Origin: Eledone cirrhosa
Taxonomy: Eukaryota
Length of the DNA: 64,000 nucleotides
NCBI GenBank assembly: GCA_964016885.1
Contig: OZ024746.1
Span: forward strand, 58,528,001-58,592,000
Direction: 5' to 3'
The translations under genes and the position numbers were made by a program. How positions within the stretch are numbered: the stretch's first letter is position 1; each line of letters starts with the position of its first letter. The notes beneath the pieces were generated by a model. That model had not been told where the DNA came from. It saw only the letters and a program-made list of their open reading frames with translations, and made no database searches. Below are positions 43,071 to 56,559 of the stretch, piece after piece.

Positions 43071-45357
43071 TTAAATTGAGTGTGAGTTAAACTCTATTGA
43101 GTTAAATTGTAGCAGGTGGAGAACAATTACATTGAGGACGAGTAATAGAACGCATGGGGGTGAATTAATACCGGATATTTCAGGAGCTGAGGACGAAGAA
43201 GAAGAAGAAGAAGAAGAAGAAGAAGAAGAAGAAGAAGAAGAAGAAGAAGAAGAAGAAGAAGAAGAAGAAGAAGAAGAATGTAATTGATATTTAATACCGT
43301 TCAAATTTTGTCACAGTAAAATTAATTCATATCTTTTATACTTCATTTATATCCCATTTCATACTTCTTTTATATCCCCTTTTATCTTTCTATAATCATT
43401 TTGTTAATTTATTTTCGTTACCTCTCAATTGTTCTCCTCGTCTGTTTTACTGTGATGTGAATTGCTTAAGTGAGTGTGAGGATGGAACAATAAATATAAA
43501 TAAAAAAAACTGTTGGAAACTGTAAAACCAGCAATGCCTGACCTAAGTATCTAGTTGATACTTGGCAGTCAATGCATATGAAGCGAAATCAAATGAAAAA
43601 AAAAGTATAAAATAAAGAGTAATAATAATGACTATGATGATGACGGATAGGATGTGTTGACATAAATAATAGGGCGTTGAGCATGCATGCAAACGTTGAA
43701 ATTACAGAGTTTTAGCAAAGTTATAGGGAGAGAAAGGTTATTTTAAGAGATTTTTCTAAATTCATGTTTACCTGTGTTTGTATCTCGTTAAACCAGAGGA
43801 CAATGTCAGGTTAATGGTCTTCTTGTTTTCATGACAATGATGATGATGAAGATGAATATGATAGTGAGCATAAGGAGGATTAGTGATGATTAGTGATGAT
43901 GAAGAGGATGCCTATAGCGATGATTGTGATACGGAGAATTATGAGATGGGGATATTAGAGGTTGGGGGAATGATGATAACAATGATGGTGATGATTAGGT
44001 TGACGAGCTTGTGATGCGGATAGTTGTGATTGTGGTGGTGATGGTGATGGCAATTGTGATAGCGGCGATGATGATAATAAATTGTGGTGATAATGGTGAT
44101 GGTGATGGTGATTATGATCGTGGGAATTATGATAATAGATTGTGGTGGTGATGGTGATGGTGATGGTGATGGTGATGGTGACGATTATGGTCTGGGGAAT
44201 GATGATAATGGGGATTGTGATGGTGGGGGTGAAGTGGAGTTGAGAGTGATGTCGAAGATGATAATCACTGTCATCATGTTTCTTCGTTTTTATTAACTGC
44301 TTCTGTAACATGACTAAAATATTAGAGGCTTTATAGTAACTTTGAGCTCCTTGTACCCTACTATTTACTATGATCTCCCAATGCCAAAAATGTAGAGGTT
44401 AAATATGTTTGTATCTGCTTGATCGCTTTACCTGCTACAATAGGAGTCAATATCAAGTTGATCTGAACCAAAAAACAAACGAGAAATGACACAATACAAT
44501 TGGTAATGCTATCATAGATACAATCTAGCTAAACACAAATAGGATGGTAATGCGTAGAACAACTTTTATCTTGTGAGTATAACTACCATCATGACAGATC
44601 TGGAGCAAAACACCACTAGGAAACGGATCCAATACGTGTGAATACAAAGTGAGATGGCTAGGAGAACAACAAATTTGATCCTGTATCACTTCCATGATCT
44701 GTTATCTGAGATTAAGAACTTCTTATATGAGAAATGTATAACGATAAAATTGAATGCTTACACGCATTGACGTTTGGCTGGCTTTTTACAATTTTATATA
44801 TCATTAGAAGGTTTCCTGTGAGTTCTAATGATGGGAGACTTAGTCAAGAGAGGCAACATGAAATGAAGCGTCTTGCTCAAAGACATAACGCAACGCACGG
44901 TACTGAAATCAAACGCACGCCCTTATTATGGTGATTCCAACAAACTAACCATTAAGCCATGTTCCTTCACAATACAAGGATAACAAAATAATAAATCGAT
45001 ATTGCTTTTACTAGGAATAATGGCCGAGAAAAGCGTCCGTCTTAGATTCGACACATTGGGTAAATGTATCTATTGTTATCACCAGTACTTGGAGATTATT
45101 TTGCTTACAAACCTAACACACAGATTTGGGGAATGAAAAGAAGATAACATTTACAACACATACAGAAAGGATTTCTATTTCGTCTTTTGCTTAATCCCAC
45201 GCACGAGAGTTCGCACACACTCGTCTCAGCAAATTTATATACATGTGTTTGTGTGTGTATAGATATACATATATATGTACATCTGTGCGTGTGTATATGC
45301 ATGTAACTATATACACATACTCCCACTCGCACGCACACACACACACACACACATATA

Positions 45358-45454
<97 letters not shown>

Positions 45455-45590
45455 ATGTGTGTGTAAAAAGACAAAGAATATCCTGGATAAAAGGTATGGG
45501 GCTTGAACGCGCACACATACATGTACAATAGAGCGTCTTTGTTATAATCTAACAGAGAAAAATATCTGAATATATAACAAGGCAAGGTGC

Positions 45591-45700
<110 letters not shown>

Positions 45701-45756
45701 ATGTTTGCGTGTGTATATATATATATATAATATATAATATATATATATATAATATG

Positions 45757-45820
<64 letters not shown>

Positions 45821-46003
45821 GTGTGTACACATAGATGTTAGTGTGTTTGTGAGTATGTGGGGGAGTCAGATGGTCTCCTAGTTTGAAGGAGGGGCGTGTA
45901 GGAAGGACACATACCTCACATTGAGGAAAACATCATACATACACACGTACGTGCGGTCACACATGCACACAACTACACACACACACACACATACACATAC
46001 ACA

Positions 46004-46046
<43 letters not shown>

Positions 46047-46899
46047 GAGCACAGATACGTGGCAGCAAAGTGTTATGGTAGGTATTAATTGGTTTGCAAT
46101 GGCGAACGATGTGTGGAGGTGTAAATTGGTAAACGTGTTTGTGGCAATAGAGAATATTTGTTGGCTGTATAAAGGCCGCATAATATATATACGTGACAGG
46201 AGTGGATTTAAGCAGGAAACGAACGCGACTTGAATTGCGGTAAACATTAATGAAATACGAACGAATAAAAGGTATTTCATTTAGATTTGGTCGGTAAGAT
46301 GGTTGACACTATAGATTTATCCTCGAGTATATTGTCAGAAAACTCTGAAAGATTGAGTGAGACCGAGCTTTGCTATTATAGGCGGTTAATTATGAAAGAA
46401 ATAAAAACATGAAAGCGTGATCGCTTGTTATTCAATGAAATGTTCTATTAGATATACTGGCCTATTTCGAATATTCTCTCACCTTGCAAGTAAATGATAG
46501 AGTTTGTTATATTTTTTTTTTAGCTGATTTATACTTCACAATTTTGTTTTATCATATATATTATATTTCATTTATTTTTCTGGTTCCACTCATACAACTG
46601 CGGCCATGCTGGAGCCAAACCTAGAATGATTCATGCGATTATATCAACCTCAGAACACTTATTTTATCAATCCCTGTTTCTAAATCCACTAGAACTATTT
46701 CATAGAGAAAGACATGGACAAAAGCCGACACTGCACATACTTTCACGCACACATGGATGTAAGTTGCAGATGATTTCACAGATATGTCGTATGTACCCTT
46801 AATAAAATTCTTAGGGAGATGCAGCATCATCCTGTTTGTGACATCCTGTAACATAGTGTAAGCAGTTGAGTATTTCACTTCCACTATAGTACTGTTGGA

Positions 46900-47482
46900 G
46901 ATTTAGTGGTTTGATCTCCATATTTGGTTTTGTTTCCTTTAAGAACTGCTTTAAAAGCCTACTGGAAGCTCTGACACTGGAGATCCCCACGTCATTTGGG
47001 ACTTTATAATTCACACAGATCTGACTCCTAATGCAAACCACCGTGATACTATTATTGAAAATTTACGATCTGAGTTCATATCTCACCGAGGTTTACTTTG
47101 CCTTTCATCCTTACGGGATCGATACAATAAAGTACCAGTAATGCACTAGGATAATTGCTGGCATTGTGCCAAAAGTAGAAACAGTTGTTAAAGATTTAAA
47201 AAACAAGATCTGCTTACTCATTGACATGGCTGTACCCTCTTTAGGAAATGTGTCAGCGACAGATTATGAGAAACTTGCTAAATATAAAGATATAGAAGTT
47301 GAGATGAATACAATGTGGCACCTAAAAACACAAACTGTTCCGGTCGTGATAGGAGTTCTAAGTGTCATAAAGTTGTTCGAATGTTTCTAAAAACATACCA
47401 GGTAAATCTAGCATCTATGAAATCCCAAACATAGTTCTAAAGAGTACTGCCTACATGCTTCGTAAATGTTTCTCTTTGTAAT
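46900..47482 (+). mobile_element. R4/Dong-like (R2 group) restriction-like endonuclease fragment, split by a SINE S1 at about 47063-47185
   Basis: WDFIIHTDLTPNANHRDTII upstream of the SINE; VVKDLKNKICLLIDMAVP...EKLAKYKDIEVEMNTMWHLKTQTVPVVIG downstream. Confidence 0.75.
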
Positions 47483-47689
47483 ATATGTCAACACACATTT
47501 TTTTCTTGATTTTTTTACAGTACATTTAATTAACATTTAGTACCATTCGAATATCCTTAATGCAAAATTAATTTATTTTATATTCCTTAATGTTTCTTCT
47601 TATCTTCTCTTCCTCCTAACTTTTTATATTTTCTCATGTTTTTAAAACGTATTTTCCTAGCAACTATTGTGATGTGACTTATTCAGTGC

Positions 47690-49395
47690 ATGTGGTGGAT
47701 TCGGTGTATTGGCAGTAACGGTAGAGCTGCGTACACCATGCTTTGTGGCATAGAATTAGGGCTTTTTTTCGTTCTGAGTTCAAATCCCAACGAGGTTAGC
47801 TTTGCCTTTCACCCTTATGAGGTCGATAAAATAAAGCACCTGTAATGCACTGGGGCCAATTTATTGAACTTTCTAATCACCCCCAAAGAAAAATTTGCTG
47901 GCCTTCTGCCTAAATCAGAAACAATTATTATCATTATTATCATTATCAGGGCGGTGGATTGGCAGTATTGGTAGATAGTCAGACACCATACTTTGCAGCA
48001 TAGAGTTATGGCCCTTTACGTTCTGAGTTCAAATCCCTCCGAGGTTAATTTCGCATTTCATCCTTACGGGGTCGATAAAATAAAGTACCAGTAACGCACT
48101 GTGGTCGATTTAATCGACTTTCCCCTCCCCCAAAGTAATGGCCTTGTGCTTATACTAGAAATTATTATCATAGCATCAGACACCATGCCTTGCAGCATAG
48201 AGTTATGGCCCTTTACGTTCAAAATCCCGCCGAGGTTAATTTTGCCTTTAATCCTTACGGAGTCGAATAATTAAAGCACCAGTAATGTACTGGGGTAATT
48301 GCTGTCCTTGTGCCAAAAGTAGAAATCATTATTATCATTATTATAAAGGCGGTGAATTGGCAGTATCGGTAAAGGGTCGGACATGCTGTCCAGCATAGTT
48401 ACGTCCCTTACAATCTGAGTTCAAATCCCGCCGAGGTTAACTTTGCCTTTCATCCTTACGGGGTCAATAAAATAAAATACCAGTAACTCACTGGAGTCGA
48501 TTTAATCGACTTTCCCCACCCTAAAATTGTTGGCCTTGTGCCTATATAAGAAACCATTATTATAGGCATGATAATAATTGTTTCCACTTTAATAATTGTT
48601 TCTACTGCTGGCACAAGGCCAGCAATTATCCAGTGCATTACTGGTATTTTATTTTACGGGGTCGATAAAATAAAGTACCAGTAATGCACTGGTTATTTGC
48701 TGGCCTTGTGCCTAAAGTAGAAACAATTATTATAGACATGATACTTTGAGAAGGAGAGAGGTGCACTCCACGGCTTGCCCTAGAAGCGCAGAGTGCTTCA
48801 GGATTGGTGGGGTACCTGAATCACCCCGGGGTTATCCATCCCCCTAGTGGGGAAATTATTTTGCTATAATTATGCATAGTTTATTTTATAATTTTTATAT
48901 CTTCATTGTTAAATTAGACTTGCTATTGTGCACTTTTACTCGACCTTATTGTAAATCCCCACAATCCGTGTCTTTGTACTGTCCCCTACATGTCGGCCCT
49001 TGTGGCCAATAAATGAAATCATTATTATTATCATTATTAATTGGGGCGGTGGATTGGCAGTATCAGTAGGGAGCCGGACACCGTGCTTTGCAGCATAAAA
49101 TTACGTCCCTTTACGGTTTGAGTTCAAATCCTGCCAAGGTTAACTTTGCCTTTCATACTTACGTTGTCGATAAAATAAAGTACCAGTAACGTACTGGGGT
49201 GAGATTTAATCGACATCCCTCCTCCGGCCTTGTACCTATAGTAGAAACCATTATTAATTGTTTATATGTTTAGCACAAGGCCAGCAATTATCACAGTGCA
49301 TTACTGGTACTTTACTTTATCGACCCCGTAAGGATGAAAGGCAAAGTTGACCTCGGAGGGATTTGAACACAGAATGGCAAGGGCCGTAACTCTAT
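47690..49395. mobile_element. Dense cluster of about 8 SINE S1 copies or fragments in both orientations, with a Tx1-like 3' end at about 48745-49030
   Basis: Repeated gttcaaatcc/gcctttcatcc/gtaccagtaa motifs separated by (att)n. Confidence 0.85.
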
Positions 49396-49612
49396 GGGTC
49401 AAAAATGATTTATTATCATAATCAATGAAAGCAAAAGCAACAACAACATTAACAACTACAATAATAATAACCACAACACTCAACACAATAATCAACATTA
49501 TCATTATCTTCTTCATTGACATTGTCGTGTCGTCTTTATTTTCATCATCATCACAATTATCATCTCAGTAAAACCATTATCTTTTATGACATCTTTGTTG
49601 TTTATTTGTACG

Positions 49613-49614
49613 CT

Positions 49615-49648
<34 letters not shown>

Positions 49649-49710
49649 CAGAAGGAGCAGCAGCAGCAACAGTAGTAATAACAGCAGCAGAAGCAGCAGC
49701 AGTAAGTAGT

Positions 49711-49750
<40 letters not shown>

Positions 49751-49793
49751 TGTAGTAGTAGCGGCAGCAGGAGGAGCAGCAGCGTTAGTCGTC

Positions 49794-49842
<49 letters not shown>

Positions 49843-49905
49843 CAGTAGTAGTAGTAGCAGTAGTAATAGTAGTAGTATTAGCATTAGCAGCCATAGTAGC
49901 AGTAG
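49613..49905. repeat. (GTA)n/(GCA)n microsatellite
   Basis: Direct inspection. Confidence 0.95.
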
Positions 49906-50005
49906 TTTTTTTATGGGGTGTACTTGTTTTTGTTGTCATATTTCTATTCATGTTTTCTCTATCCACTTTTGTTATACAATCATGTATATGTGTAGCTGTG
50001 CAGTT

Positions 50006-50006
<1 letters not shown>

Positions 50007-50073
<67 letters not shown>

Positions 50074-50629
50074 AGGCTCTCGCATACATACTCGCACCCA
50101 AACGCATAGAGAAACAAATGCACAAACACAGACAAACACACAAACGCGTAGAGAAACACATACATAAACACATAGACACAACCGCATAGAGAAAAAAATA
50201 CAGAAACACACAGACACACGCAGACGCACACATACACACACACACACAGGCACTCGCATACACACTCGCACACAAACGCATAGAGAAACAAATGCACAAA
50301 CACAGACAAACACAAACGCATAGAGAAACACATACATAAACACATAGACACAACCACCGCATAGAGAAACAAATACAGAAACACACAGACATACACATGC
50401 GCACACATACACACACACACACACACACACAGGCAGTCGCATACACACTCGCACACAAACGCATAGAGAAACAAATGCACAAACACAGACAAACACACAA
50501 ACACGTACAGAAATACATACATAAAGACATACACACAACCGCATAGAGAAACAAATACAGAAACACACAGACACACACAGACGCACACATACACACACAC
50601 ACACACAGACACACACACACACACACACA

Positions 50630-50680
<51 letters not shown>

Positions 50681-50860
50681 GCATAGAGTAACAAATACAC
50701 AAACACAGACAAACACAAACGCGTAGAGAAACACATACATAAACACAGACACAACCGCATAGAGAAACAAATACAGAAACACACACACACACACAGACGC
50801 ACACATACACACCACACACACACCCAATCGCATAGAGTAACAAATACAGAAACACACATA
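50007..50860. repeat. Compound CA-rich minisatellite
   Basis: cgcatagagaaacaaat(g/a)ca... subunits recur in roughly 175-bp higher-order units among (CA)n. Confidence 0.85.
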
Positions 50861-51080
50861 CATCTAGCAGTAACAACATAAATAACACAACTGAAATAAC
50901 AAACAAAACAGCAATAACGTTGTAATGACATTAGGAATAAGGTTGCATTAAAGTTGAGATAATGAAACATTGAAACTGTGGAGAGATGGGGAAGAAGAGA
51001 CTAAGAGGCTAAAGAGGAGAGGGGGAGGAGAGGAAATAAGGAGGAGGAGGAAGAAGGAAAGAGAGAGAGAGAGGGTGGGA

Positions 51081-51135
<55 letters not shown>

Positions 51136-51734
51136 AAGAACGAGATGATGATGAGGAGGAGGGAGATGTGGTGGAGGATAGGATGAGGAGGTGGTGGTGG
51201 TGGTGGTGGTAGTGGTGGAGGTGGCGGAAGAGAAGGAAAGCGAGAGGAGCAGGTGGTGGTGTTGGAGGAGGAGAAGCAGGAGGAGGAGGAGTATGAGGGG
51301 GAGGTGGAGGATGGGATGAGGTGGTGGTGGTAGTGGTGGAGGTGGCGGAAGAGCAGGAAAGAGAGAGGAGCAGGTGGTGGTGTTGGAGGAGGAGGACGAG
51401 GAGAAGGAGGAGGAGGAAGGAAAGAGATAAAGAAAGAGAGGATGAGGAAGGAAAGAAAGGGGATGAGGAAGGAAACGCGGGAAAAGGTTCACTGATCGAT
51501 ATGTATTGGTTGGCAAAACAATAAAATTCAAGTGCCAATTAGCAGATCGATTTTCTAGATTAGATTTGAAACAAACGAACAAAACAAAGATGGAAGGAAG
51601 GAAGGAAGGAAGGAAGGAAAGAAAAAAATAACGTCAACATTTACCATTGAGGTCAATGTTTTAAAACAACAAAACGTTGAGACAATAACACGTAATAAAT
51701 GGATTTATTTTACACTTAGAATTAGGCTAATTGC

Positions 51735-51982
51735 CTCCACGTCATCATCATCACCATCGCCATCATTACCGTGGCCTTGTCGTTGTCCCCGCCGTCTTCT
51801 TCATCAATATCGTCATCATCCTCATCATCATTGTATATCATCATTGCCGTGGTCGTCGTCGTTGTCCCCGCCGTCTTCTTCATCAATATCGACTTCATCA
51901 TCAACATCATCATCATAATCATCACCCCCCCCCCCCCCACACACACACACACATACACACAGTTATGATCACTCCAATCATT

Positions 51983-52032
<50 letters not shown>

Positions 52033-52851
52033 CATCATCATCATTGTCATCATTGTCATCGAGACTATCATAACCATAACCCTCCTCCCCCCACCACCAC
52101 CACAGTTATCATCTATCCCGTCATTATCATCATCATCATCGTCATCATTATCATCGCCGCCGTCGTCGCATTCATCAATATCAATATCGTCATCATCATC
52201 ATCATCATCATTCCCATCATCAAGGCCATCATAATCATCAACGCCCCCCCCCCCACACACACACACATAAATACACTGTTATGATCACTTCAATCATTGT
52301 CAATATCAATATCATCATCACCATCCAAATCACCATTATCACCACCATCATCGTCATCATCACCACCATCATCACCATCATCATCACCATCATCACCACC
52401 ACCACCATTATCATCATCATTATCCAAATCATCCTAGTCATCAGCCCCCCCCCCACACACACACACACCTCCCCCACCCCAGTTGTGATCACTCCCATCA
52501 TCATCATCATCATTGCCGTCATTGACTTCATCAATATCGACACCAGCGTCATCATCACCATTCCTATCATCGATACCGTCATCATCAGCCCCATCATCAT
52601 CATCATCATCATCATCGTTAGGATGGAGACCTTCCTAATCGTCACCCCCACCCCCACCATCAACCCCACCCCCAGGTATGATCAATCCCGCCACCATCAT
52701 CATATTTATCATTGTCAGCAATCATCATCGTTCGTCGTCCTCTTCATCAATATCGACATCACCATCACCATCATCATCATCATCATCATTATGACCGAGA
52801 TGATCTCATAGTCATCCACCTCACACACCCACCCCCAGTTATGATCCCTCC

Positions 52852-52887
<36 letters not shown>

Positions 52888-53139
52888 TGTCGACGTCGTC
52901 TTCATCAATATCGACACCAGCACCATCATCATCATCATCATCATCATTATCACCCCACCCCCCAGTGACCATCATACTCCCCCCACCCCCACCCCAGTTA
53001 TGATCACTACAATCATTATCATCATCATCATCATTCCCATCATCGTGACCATCATACTCACCCCCCCAGTTATGATCACTCCAATTATTATCATCATCAT
53101 CATCATCATTGTCGACGTCGTCTTCATCAATATCAACAC

Positions 53140-53187
<48 letters not shown>

Positions 53188-53315
53188 AACCATCATCGAG
53201 ACCATCATAACCATCACCCCCACCCCCCACAGTTACGACCATTCCCATCACTATCATCACATTTACCATTGTCAGGATCGCCATTATCATTATTCTCATA
53301 ATCAAGGTCATTGTT
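51735..53315. repeat. (ATC)n-based compound repeat with recurring C-run/CA modules
   Basis: gtcttcatcaatatcgac and ccccc...gttatgatcactcc modules recur between (ATC)n runs. Confidence 0.85.
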
Positions 53316-53317
53316 AA

Positions 53318-53513
53318 TGGCGGTGGATTGGCAGTATCGGTAGAGGGTCGGACGCCATGCATCCAGCATAGAGTTACGACCCATGCCATTCTGAGTTCAA
53401 ATACCGCCGAGGTTAGCTTTGCCTTTCATCCATACGGGGGTCGATAAAATAAAGTACCAGTAATGCACTGGGGTAATTGCTGGCCTTGTGCCAAATGTAG
53501 GAACAATTATTAT
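53318..53513 (+). mobile_element. Full-length SINE S1
   Basis: ggcggtggattggcagtatcggtagagggtcggacgcc...gagttcaaatacc...acaattattat. Confidence 0.87.
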
Positions 53514-54879
53514 CAGATCAACATCGTAATGACGGTCTTCATCGTTATCATTATGAATATCATCATCATCCCATTTGATATCATCATCTTCGTCATAATG
53601 GAGATGAGCTGGAGAATTCCGATATTGATGATGACGATGATGATGTTGATGATGATAAACGTAAAGAGGGTCCTGATGGTTTAGCTCCCGTGGATGCAGG
53701 TGATGCCCATTTCCTTTTTTCGGTGGCTACAAGGTGTAACACCTAAACAAGCCGTACTGGATCTGAGGGTGAAGACGATATTATTTTGAAAATACCTGGA
53801 TCCTGTGATACACACCATCTTCCTGGATCTCGTGATACACACCATCTTCCTGGATCCAGAAGGTAAGTGTGTTGTGTTGGACATTATCAGCAGACTGGAA
53901 ATACCTGGATCTCGTGATACACACCATCTTCCTGGATCCAGAAGGTAAGTGTGTTGTGCTGGACATTATCAGCAGATAAGAGAAAGTCTTCAGGCTTCTA
54001 CGAACGTCCCGCTCTTTAGTTTTAGTGAGCGACTGGAACGGTATCTTGGATGAACGATGGGAGTGTGTAGGATTAGCATAGAGGTGAGGAGTGTGTAAAA
54101 GCCTTGATAACCTGTTTAGACACTTTCAACCGGATTTCCCGAATGTGCCAATGTACAAACAGTCATGGACAAACAACATCGTATCATCCAGGACATATCT
54201 AGATATGAAAATACATATATCTAGTGTCGGTTGTCAACAATTTAAAGTAATTCACTACACAGGCACTAAATTTATGATATGTGCAGTCGATCAATATAGG
54301 CTTCATAGAAAGGGACACGTTTACTGCTTTCCTCAAAGGAACCGTTCGTCATCATGGCGCTCGGTCCGTCAAATGTGTCCCCCCCCCCCCATCGTCCTTT
54401 CTGAAACAAGCCATAACCACACAAATTGGAGGTGATGAGTGGCATCCTGCGCGAGCTAGGATATGAAAGATCCGAATCAGCGTATACTGACGGTGACACA
54501 GTAGTGGTGTCGAACACCAGACACATTGAGATGATTGGCAACGCTCTGAAGGAGCACCGCGTGGTAATAGGAGCAACATTAACTAGGAAAGGCCGGTGGT
54601 TCTTCAGTTCGGCACCTGGAGATACAAAGATGCTTCATTTAATATATTTATATTTATCTAATATATCATCAAATATATTATGTATACATAATCTTATGTA
54701 CGAACATTTGTTAAAATATGCACCAAACACTAGCGTCACATAAAAAGGACTCTTTATATTAGGTACTAAACTCCACCAAATTAAAAATGATTTGATATAA
54801 TAGGCAATGACTATGTTTTGAAATATAGCTTCGAATCGGGGCATGAAAACTGGCGGTTGTAGGATGAGTCCTTCAATTA

Positions 54880-55056
54880 TGCGGACATTTATTACTTAAA
54901 TCGTTAGAAGATGATCTCCAACATGGGTTTGGTAGGTTTGTACGTGGAATGAAAATTAATGCTGTCAGTACCGAGACACTCGTCCACTCAAGGAACCCTG
55001 CACATAACACTCTACGTGTGCGTAGAGTTCTATGAAGAAGAAGCAGAAGAAGAAGG
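54880..55056 (+). mobile_element. RTE-clade RT fragment paralogous to 42905-43070
   Basis: gatctcc...ggaatgaaaattaatgctg...gagacactcgtc...tcaaggaa...actctacgtgtg, followed by a short (GAA)n. Confidence 0.55.
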
Positions 55057-55784
55057 TTAGGAAAGATTTAAACAGACAAGGAATATTATAGTATTAGTAA
55101 ACAACAAAAATAATACTAAATATATAATATATTGTTCATGGAAAACATGTTTTAAATTATTTGAAAACCATAAAGAGTGGTGTCCGTGTGCATATTTACA
55201 TTTATCTATCAGCTGTGCTCGGGCGAAAAATAAAATTCTAATTTTATTCATAGAGAGTTTCTTTCATTGGAAATAAAGAAACGAAAATAATTGGATATAA
55301 CGCTCACACCTTGGTGCTATATTTTATTGTTTTTATTTTTGTTTTCACTGCTGTCAATATTGCTGATTTGGGCCCTATATATGGCCTGAACGAGGGAAAT
55401 CTATGAAAGAGAAATATTTCCCAGATTGATTATCAAATATTGTATTTTCCAAAAATAAGACCGTGATATGCAGTACGACAGTGCAGTTTGACAATATCGC
55501 TGTCTCTTCTAGCGGATCAGAAGTCATGTATATGTCGTTTTCACTATGGCTAGAGACATATCTCATTCTCAACGGACTTAGTGTAGATATGGACAGAAGA
55601 GTCATTACTATAAGTGAAACAATACAACATAGTTCACTAATCGTTATATGCCTCCTATTCCTTCTCCTCTAAATGCTCTAGGTCACGGTGACATTCTTTG
55701 AGGAAAACAACAACAAAATTAAATTCTTATTACAACTGTCGATAAAATCACATCAATTTTAATGCACTTTACAAACACACACAT

Positions 55785-55848
<64 letters not shown>

Positions 55849-55987
55849 ATATATATATATACATATATATATAAATTATATATAAATGTATATATATATG
55901 CATATATATATGTAAGTATATATAAATATATATGTTTTAGTGCATATATAGATAATGCATGAGTGTGTATGTGTATGCATGCATGTA

Positions 55988-56028
<41 letters not shown>

Positions 56029-56057
56029 TTATATATATACATATATAAACACACATA

Positions 56058-56110
<53 letters not shown>

Positions 56111-56559
56111 GCATAGTTATACATATAAACATAAATGAGATTGAGAAAGCGAAACATGAAATAATGTGAAGAATTCTCCCTTCATTTCTATTAAGACAGT
56201 CTTGTTGATGTTATAATCTTATAGATTGAGTTGGCGAAGTTGATGAACATCTTTCAAGACATTAATCTACATATAAGCAGACACCCCTCTCTACCTTATT
56301 CGACTCCACCACTATCCTCATACATCCCCTGTCTAATACTTTAGTGTATCAGTCTCCGCATGCCTCAACCCATCACTCTTCTTATATTTCTGCACGATTT
56401 CTGCCTATCACTATCAGCTCTCTCTCAAAACTTATCCGTTAACTCTCAACGTTCTCTAATCCCTCATGCCTTCAAGCTCCTCTTCCTCTCATCTCCTAGC
56501 CACTGTCATCTTTTCCTCATATCTTATAATAACTTCATTCTCTTTTATATCACCATTAC

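Noticed and set aside
53690-54620. Possible degenerate retroelement or exon with local 22-bp and roughly 90-bp duplications
   Set aside because: Only faint motif resemblance (e.g. SSKRVPF); I cannot assign a family without a search
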